Assembly: GCA_043228905.1 (NCBI GenBank)
Contig: JBHGNT010001051.1
Location: forward strand, 1-12,561
Source: Azolla caroliniana
Lineage: Eukaryota > Plantae > Polypodiophyta
Length of the DNA: 12,561 nucleotides
Reading direction: 5' to 3'
Below the pieces are notes generated by a model. That model did not search any database and was not told where the DNA came from. It worked only from the letters and a program-made list of their open reading frames with translations. Positions 7,708 through 12,561 of this stretch are shown one piece after another (position 1 is the stretch's first letter; each line of letters opens with the position of its first letter). The position numbers and the translations under genes are program-made.

Positions 7708-10700
7708 AGAGGGCTGCCAAGGCGTGGGGCTGAGACAGCCCGGACACTCGGGAAAAACACCACAGTTGTACGATAGAACCGAAACCGAAGAATCCCTGTA
7801 CGATAGGTAGGAAGTTTTGCTTCTCCAACAACGGAGGGTGTATGATAGTCGGCATCGTTGGCCGAGAAAAGACAGGGGCGGAAGTGCGACTTCGAGCATG
7901 CGGAGTTCTCGGCCCGGACGAGGAAATCAGCGGAGCCGTGGAGGTGGTCTCCTTCGACGACACCTTGGGAATGCTGAGGAAGGTAGCCGGAGAAGACCTT
8001 AAGGAAGACCGGACGATACCGGTATGTTCCGAAGAGATGTACGAAGTCATCGCGAACTTCAGTCGGGGGCTCAGGTCGTATCAGACGGCCCGAGTTAACA
8101 CAAAGTACAAGACTGTGGACCGGAAGGTAAGGCCAGTCGCGGCACCCTTACCGGAGGGCAGCGAGTCCCGGATCAGAGGGGTTGCGTCGGACCCTAGTTT
8201 ACGAGATCCGGCCTGCATAGGACACACCTTCACCGACGGGACGCTCCGGGAGCTCAAAATCGGTGGGGGCGGGTTCCTACTGCCGGCGGAGGAAGACCGG
8301 TTTCGGAGGATGCTTGGAAGGCACGGGAAAGCCTTCGCATTCTCACCGGAAGAGATCGGTTGTGTAGACTTGATGATCGTGGAGTCGATGGTGATATTCA
8401 CGGTACCGCATGTGCCGTAGAATCTCAAGCCGATTCCGGTACCGAGAGGTCACATCCCGAAGTTGATGGAGTTATTGAGGCAGAAAGTAGATATGGGCAT
8501 TCTCGAACCGTCGAGTGCCCCATACTCGAACCGATGGTTTACCGTACCGAAGAAAAACGGAACGTTGCGCTTCATTCAGGACCTGTAGCCGGCCAACAGA
8601 GTGACCATTCGGAACGCAGGAATCAGACCGACCATAGACGAGTTCGCGGAGGCCTTCGCCGGAAGGTCGATCTACTCGGTCGGTGATCTGTACTCATAGT
8701 ACGACCAGTTCCAGCTAGCCATGGAGAGCAGAGACATTACGACGATGCGAACTCCCCTCGGCCTAGTGCGAATGTGTACCCTGCCGCAAGGAGGGACCAA
8801 CTCGGTGGCCCACATGGTGAATGCAATGAACAAGGTACTGGGGGATTGCATCCCGGCCATCACCATGCCATTTCTGGACGACATCCTGATTAAGGGGTGC
8901 CCGGTGGAAGAGAAGGACGAGACAGTCGGGCCGGACGGATGCCGGCGATTCGTGGCAGCACACATCGACGACTACGAGAAGTTGCTACAAAGGCTAGAGG
9001 ATGCGAGGCTCACCTTCTCCGGGGAGAAATCGGCCTTCGGGCAATCGGAAATCCTGGTGGTCGGACACCTATGTGGACCATATGGCCGGAAGCCGTCTCC
9101 GGCAAAGGTAGAAGCCATCTCCGCGATGAAGACCGACTGTAGCTCGGTTACGGAAGTTCGGAGGTTCCTGAGGGCATGCGCGTTCTACCACATATGGATC
9201 CCGCATTACGCCCACGTTGCGGAGCTGCTATACGGGTTGCTGAAGAAAGGGCGAAAATTCGAGTGGCGAGACGAGCACATGGAGTCGTTCCAGAAGCTGA
9301 AGGAAGCTCTTGCGGCAGCACCGGCGCTCCGGAAGGCTGTCTACGAGAAGGGTACCCCGGTATACATAACGGTGGGGCTGTCTACGAGAAGGGTACCCCG
9401 GTATACATAACGGTGGATACGAGTCCGACCGGGATCGGATGGGTCGTCAACCAAGAAGACGGGGACGGCATTCGGTTCCCGATCGGATTCGGCACGAAGG
9501 TCCTGAGTGAGCGACAGCGAGGGTACGCCCAGGTTAAACGCGAACTCTGGGGTATCGTTTCGGCAATGCTCAGGTGGATAGCGTACATCAAGTCCCTGGA
9601 CCCGGAAATACGGCACATTTCCGGAAAGGACAACGCCATGGCCGACATGCTTTCGAGGGCGAGGTTTGATGACGAGGGCGGCATGGTTTCGGAGGACGAA
9701 GAAGTCGGCGTGGACTTCTTCGAGGCGGCTTATGTGACGATAGATGGGACGAGCAATCCGGCACTTAACGACTTCGACGAGAGCAAGTACGATGGCGAGT
9801 GGCTCCAGATCAGTGGTTTCCTGAGGACAATGACGCCGGATGCGTCGTGGACGAGGGACGAGGCCAACCGGATCCGGAAGAAAGCATACCGGTTCTTTCT
9901 CCGGGGAGGATACTTATGGAAGCACCCGTAGAAGAGGAACGGCGTCCCACTCTGGGTGGTGGCGATGAAGGAAGAACAGGAGGAGCTGCTGACGGCCTAC
10001 CACGACAACCCTTGGGCTGGACACCGTGGAACGTGGGCCACATTCGAGAAGATAAAGGGGAAGTACTAGTGGCCGGGACTATACCGGGATGTGCATCGGT
10101 TCGTGACAACTTGCGAGAGCTGTTAGATGCACTCCATAGTCCGACATTGGGACGAGCTTCACCCTACGTACCCTCCGACCATCCACATCAAATGGATGGT
10201 AGACCTGGTGACGATGCCGATGGGAGTAGGACAGATGCGGTATCTAGTCCTGGCTCGTGAAGATCTGACGAACCAGGTAGAACGCCGAGCCCTTCAAAAC
10301 AAAACGACCGCGGCCATATGTCGGTTCCTGATTGAGGACGTGATATGCCGGTACGGATGCGTCGGGAAGATCGTGGCTGATCGCGGGGAGTTGGACGCCA
10401 AAGAGGCCGAGGAACTGTTCGAACGACTATGAGTCAAGCTCTCGCTCACCACTGCATACAATCCGGAGGCGAATGGGAAGGTGGAGCGCGGACACGGACC
10501 GATCGTCAAGGCGTTAGTTCGGGCATGCGGAGGTCAAGTCGGGAACTGGCCGCGGCTGTTGCCTTACGCATTGTGGGCGGACCGAACTACGCACATTTCG
10601 GTAACCAGATTCATGCCGGCAGAGGTCATGTTTGGGCAGAAGCCGATCATGCCGATGGAACGTACGATCTCCTCATGGGCTACCGTGGACTTGAGAGACG

Positions 10701-11137
10701 AGATGAGCCAGGAGGAACTGTTGATGGCGCGCATATGGCAGCTCGAGCGAAGACCGGAGGACGTGGAGCAGGCTGCGGAAAAGCTTCGGGTGGTAAGGAC
10801 GAGGAACAAAGCCCGGTTCGACCGAACGCACCGGCTCCGACCGAAGAAGATCGAGGAAGGCGACTGGGTGCTAGTCTACGACAGCAGCCTCGACAACCAG
10901 CACCGAGCGACACGGAAGTTCGCAAGAAGGTTGTTCTGGCCTTACGTGGTACAAAGTGCCAACGACAACGGGACGTACCATCTGGCGGAACTCGATGGTA
11001 CGAGAATGGCGATACCGGTAGCTGGGAAGCGGATCAAAGAGTTCAAGAAGCGTCACGACGACGAGCCGGATCCGGTGGACTTGGACCGCGACAACGAACG
11101 ATCCAAAACCGAGGAAGAACCGACGGGCGGGGAATGA
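7704..11137 (+). pseudogene. Gypsy ORF2: pol (RT-RNase H-integrase), multiply disrupted; 5' boundary uncertain
   Basis: RT motifs YSNRWFTVPKKNGTLRFIQDL, LPQGGTNS and FLDD; RNase H VDTSPTGIGW, YAQVKRELWG and NAMADMLSR; integrase HDNPWAGH...CESC, VDL/ADRGE/VERGH and a degenerate GPY motif (FWPY). Stops at 7731, 8418, 8586, 8697, 9929, 10067, 10124 and 10430, plus a frameshift from a 41-bp duplication. Confidence 0.92.
9335..9416 (+). repeat. Perfect 41-bp tandem duplication that frameshifts pol
   Basis: GGCTGTCTACGAGAAGGGTACCCCGGTATACATAACGGTGG occurs at 9335-9375 and 9376-9416. AVYEKGTPVYITV appears in two different frames in the ORF track. Confidence 0.97.
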
Positions 11138-11197
11138 AGGCTGGACCGGTTTTCTCCGTCCCAACTCAATTTGGCGCATGCCGGTGGATGCGCGGTT

Positions 11198-11210
11198 AGG
11201 TGGGGGCGGA
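11198..11210 (+). promoter_or_regulatory. Gypsy polypurine tract (interrupted)
   Basis: AGGTGGGGGCGGA abuts the 3' LTR start TGTCG at 11211. Confidence 0.75.
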
Positions 11211-11844
11211 TGTCGTGAAGAAAACCGTCCACAAGCGGAATTGGTGCGCCGGAGCGTAGGAACCGGCTCTTCTTGCGCATTGTACATAAGAGAGAATGTT
11301 GTACATAGAAGATCCTAGGCAAGTAGATTCGGTAGGTAGGGAGTTAATGGGAAACGGCTCCTTCCTTGCCTATAAAAGGAGGGAAATGAGGAGGGGCGAA
11401 GGCATCGCGAAATCAGAGAGGACGAAGTGCTGTCGGATTGCGGGCCGAAGGCTTCTCTCTCTTCCATACTCTGTAGTTCCTTTCTGTGCAGGTTTCGGGA
11501 GGCTCGTGCTGCTCTGAGGAATGCCCGAGTGCTTCCGGCAGCACCTCCAACCTACTCCTTTCTTTCTGTGCGTTTACGAACAGGCATCGACACCTGTTCG
11601 CTGGCCTGTTCGGTTGTAACCGACTACGTGTTTTTGCTGTTTGTCTCTGTTAATATATACATACATTCCGTCGTGTCTCTCTGTGTTGGTTTCCCGCTCG
11701 CGTCTTCGTGTCGAAGGGCCGTGTCCCTGTGGATCTACGCTCACACCTAGTGGACCTCTTCCCTTCTCCTTTCTCTCTTGCTCTTCGGTACAAGACCCCT
11801 GAGGTCCCGCCTCATTCCACGCATCCGCGAGGAATACCTCGACA
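11211..11844 (+). repeat. Inner gypsy 3' LTR, 634 bp
   Basis: TGTCG...CGACA forms a perfect 5-bp terminal inverted repeat. Direct repeat of 4904-5537. Confidence 0.97.
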
Positions 11845-11848
11845 GCGC
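11845..11848 (+). repeat. Right target-site duplication (GCGC)
   Basis: Matches 4900-4903 GCGT with one C/T transition. Confidence 0.8.
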
Positions 11849-12561
11849 GAGGGCACCGGCGCCCTTGACAGGGCTATTGAGGCGATCGTCGGTACGATCG
11901 GCCGGTTCAGTGGAAAGGATGCCACGAGTTATTTGGTGTCCTACCGGGCGGAGATGTTGATGAGGGATATCCCGAAAGAGAGGCGTCTTGCCGGATTCCC
12001 TCGAGTGGCGATGATGGGCATCCATGTGGAGGTGCTCGAGATCTGGGCGGAGAGCCGGACCTGGGAAGAGTTCGAAGGACGGCTCCTGGAGAAATACGGG
12101 CTGGATGACGCGCTTCGACTTACGAAGCGAAGCTTCATGGAATGGGTGGAGTCCCCCAACAAAGCAAGAAATGCGTAGGTACTCCTCCGGGAGTTTGAGG
12201 AACGCTTTGCGCGCCTTTCGGCGCTCGATCGGACAGTTCTGGACACAAGTCGTGTCCTACTGTTTGTGAAATCAGTTGACACACGGGATCGGGGACAAGT
12301 TGGCTCCTTACTGGAAACCGAAGACGGGCTGACGACCGACTGGGCCGCGGTAAAGAGAGTCTGCGGCCGTTTTGACAAACGGTGGGAGTGGGCTGATACA
12401 GAGGCGACCGGGGCGGGACCTGTCGCAGCAAGGAAGCTCGAACTGATACCACAGGCACGAAGGGAAGAGACCCGGGAGTGGCTCGAAACCGGTTCGTCTT
12501 CGACCGGCCGGATCAGAGGATCGTCCAGGGGAACAGCTCTAGAGGAGTTGACACGAGCGGT
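11846..12561 (+). pseudogene. Continuation of the host gypsy gag, running off the window; stop at 12176-12178
   Basis: REGTGALDRAIEAIVGTIGRFSGKDATSYL...LETEDGLTTDWAAVKRVCGRFDKR is colinear with the inner gag from 5641. It resumes exactly where 4841-4903 stops, and there is no PBS after the preceding LTR. Confidence 0.93.

Larger units (their letters stand above)
4904..11844 (+). mobile_element. Complete non-chromovirus Ty3/gypsy LTR retrotransposon, 6941 bp, coding-defective
   Basis: Two 634-bp direct repeats TGT(T/C)G...CGACA, PBS, PPT, TSD and domain order gag-PR-RT-RH-INT. The integrase ends in a short acidic tail with no chromodomain. Confidence 0.97.

Noticed and set aside
11040-11137. 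Chromodomain or env-like ORF after integrase
   Set aside because: Only a short acidic tail follows, and the 73-nt UTR leaves no room for another ORF.
254-12458. Numerous minus-strand and off-frame ORFs of 60-180 aa
   Set aside because: They are shadow ORFs of GC-rich gag/pol coding sequence with no independent motifs.
11845-12561. Second gag as a tandem copy sharing the LTR, or as an assembly duplication
   Set aside because: There is no PBS after the LTR, the sequence is clearly diverged from the inner gag, and it continues precisely from 4903.

Overview
Eukaryotic repeat-rich DNA, probably from a green plant, made entirely of three nested and decayed LTR retrotransposons, all on the + strand. 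No host gene, RNA gene or CRISPR array is visible. (1) 1-4679 is the 3' part of a Tnt1-like Ty1/copia element: gag-PR-INT-RT-RH in one frame with three premature stops, a PPT and a 752-bp 3' LTR. It is inserted into the 5' LTR of (2) an older Ty3/gypsy 'host' element (LTR end 4680-4796, tRNA-Trp PBS, gag start at 4841, gag resuming at 11846). That host gag is interrupted at codon 21 by (3) a complete 6941-bp sister Ty3/gypsy element at 4904-11844. The inner element has 634-bp LTRs about 97.5% identical by manual count, a tRNA-Trp PBS, a 4-bp TSD, a gag-protease ORF, a separate pol ORF in the -1 frame and no chromodomain. I see no clearly new biological system. The best leads are the unusual gypsy lineage features, the double-insertion site next to the host PBS, a mutation-free core in the LTR pair, TATA boxes inside inverted repeats in both superfamilies, and strong local CCGG enrichment in the copia element. 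All counts are manual and no database search was possible.
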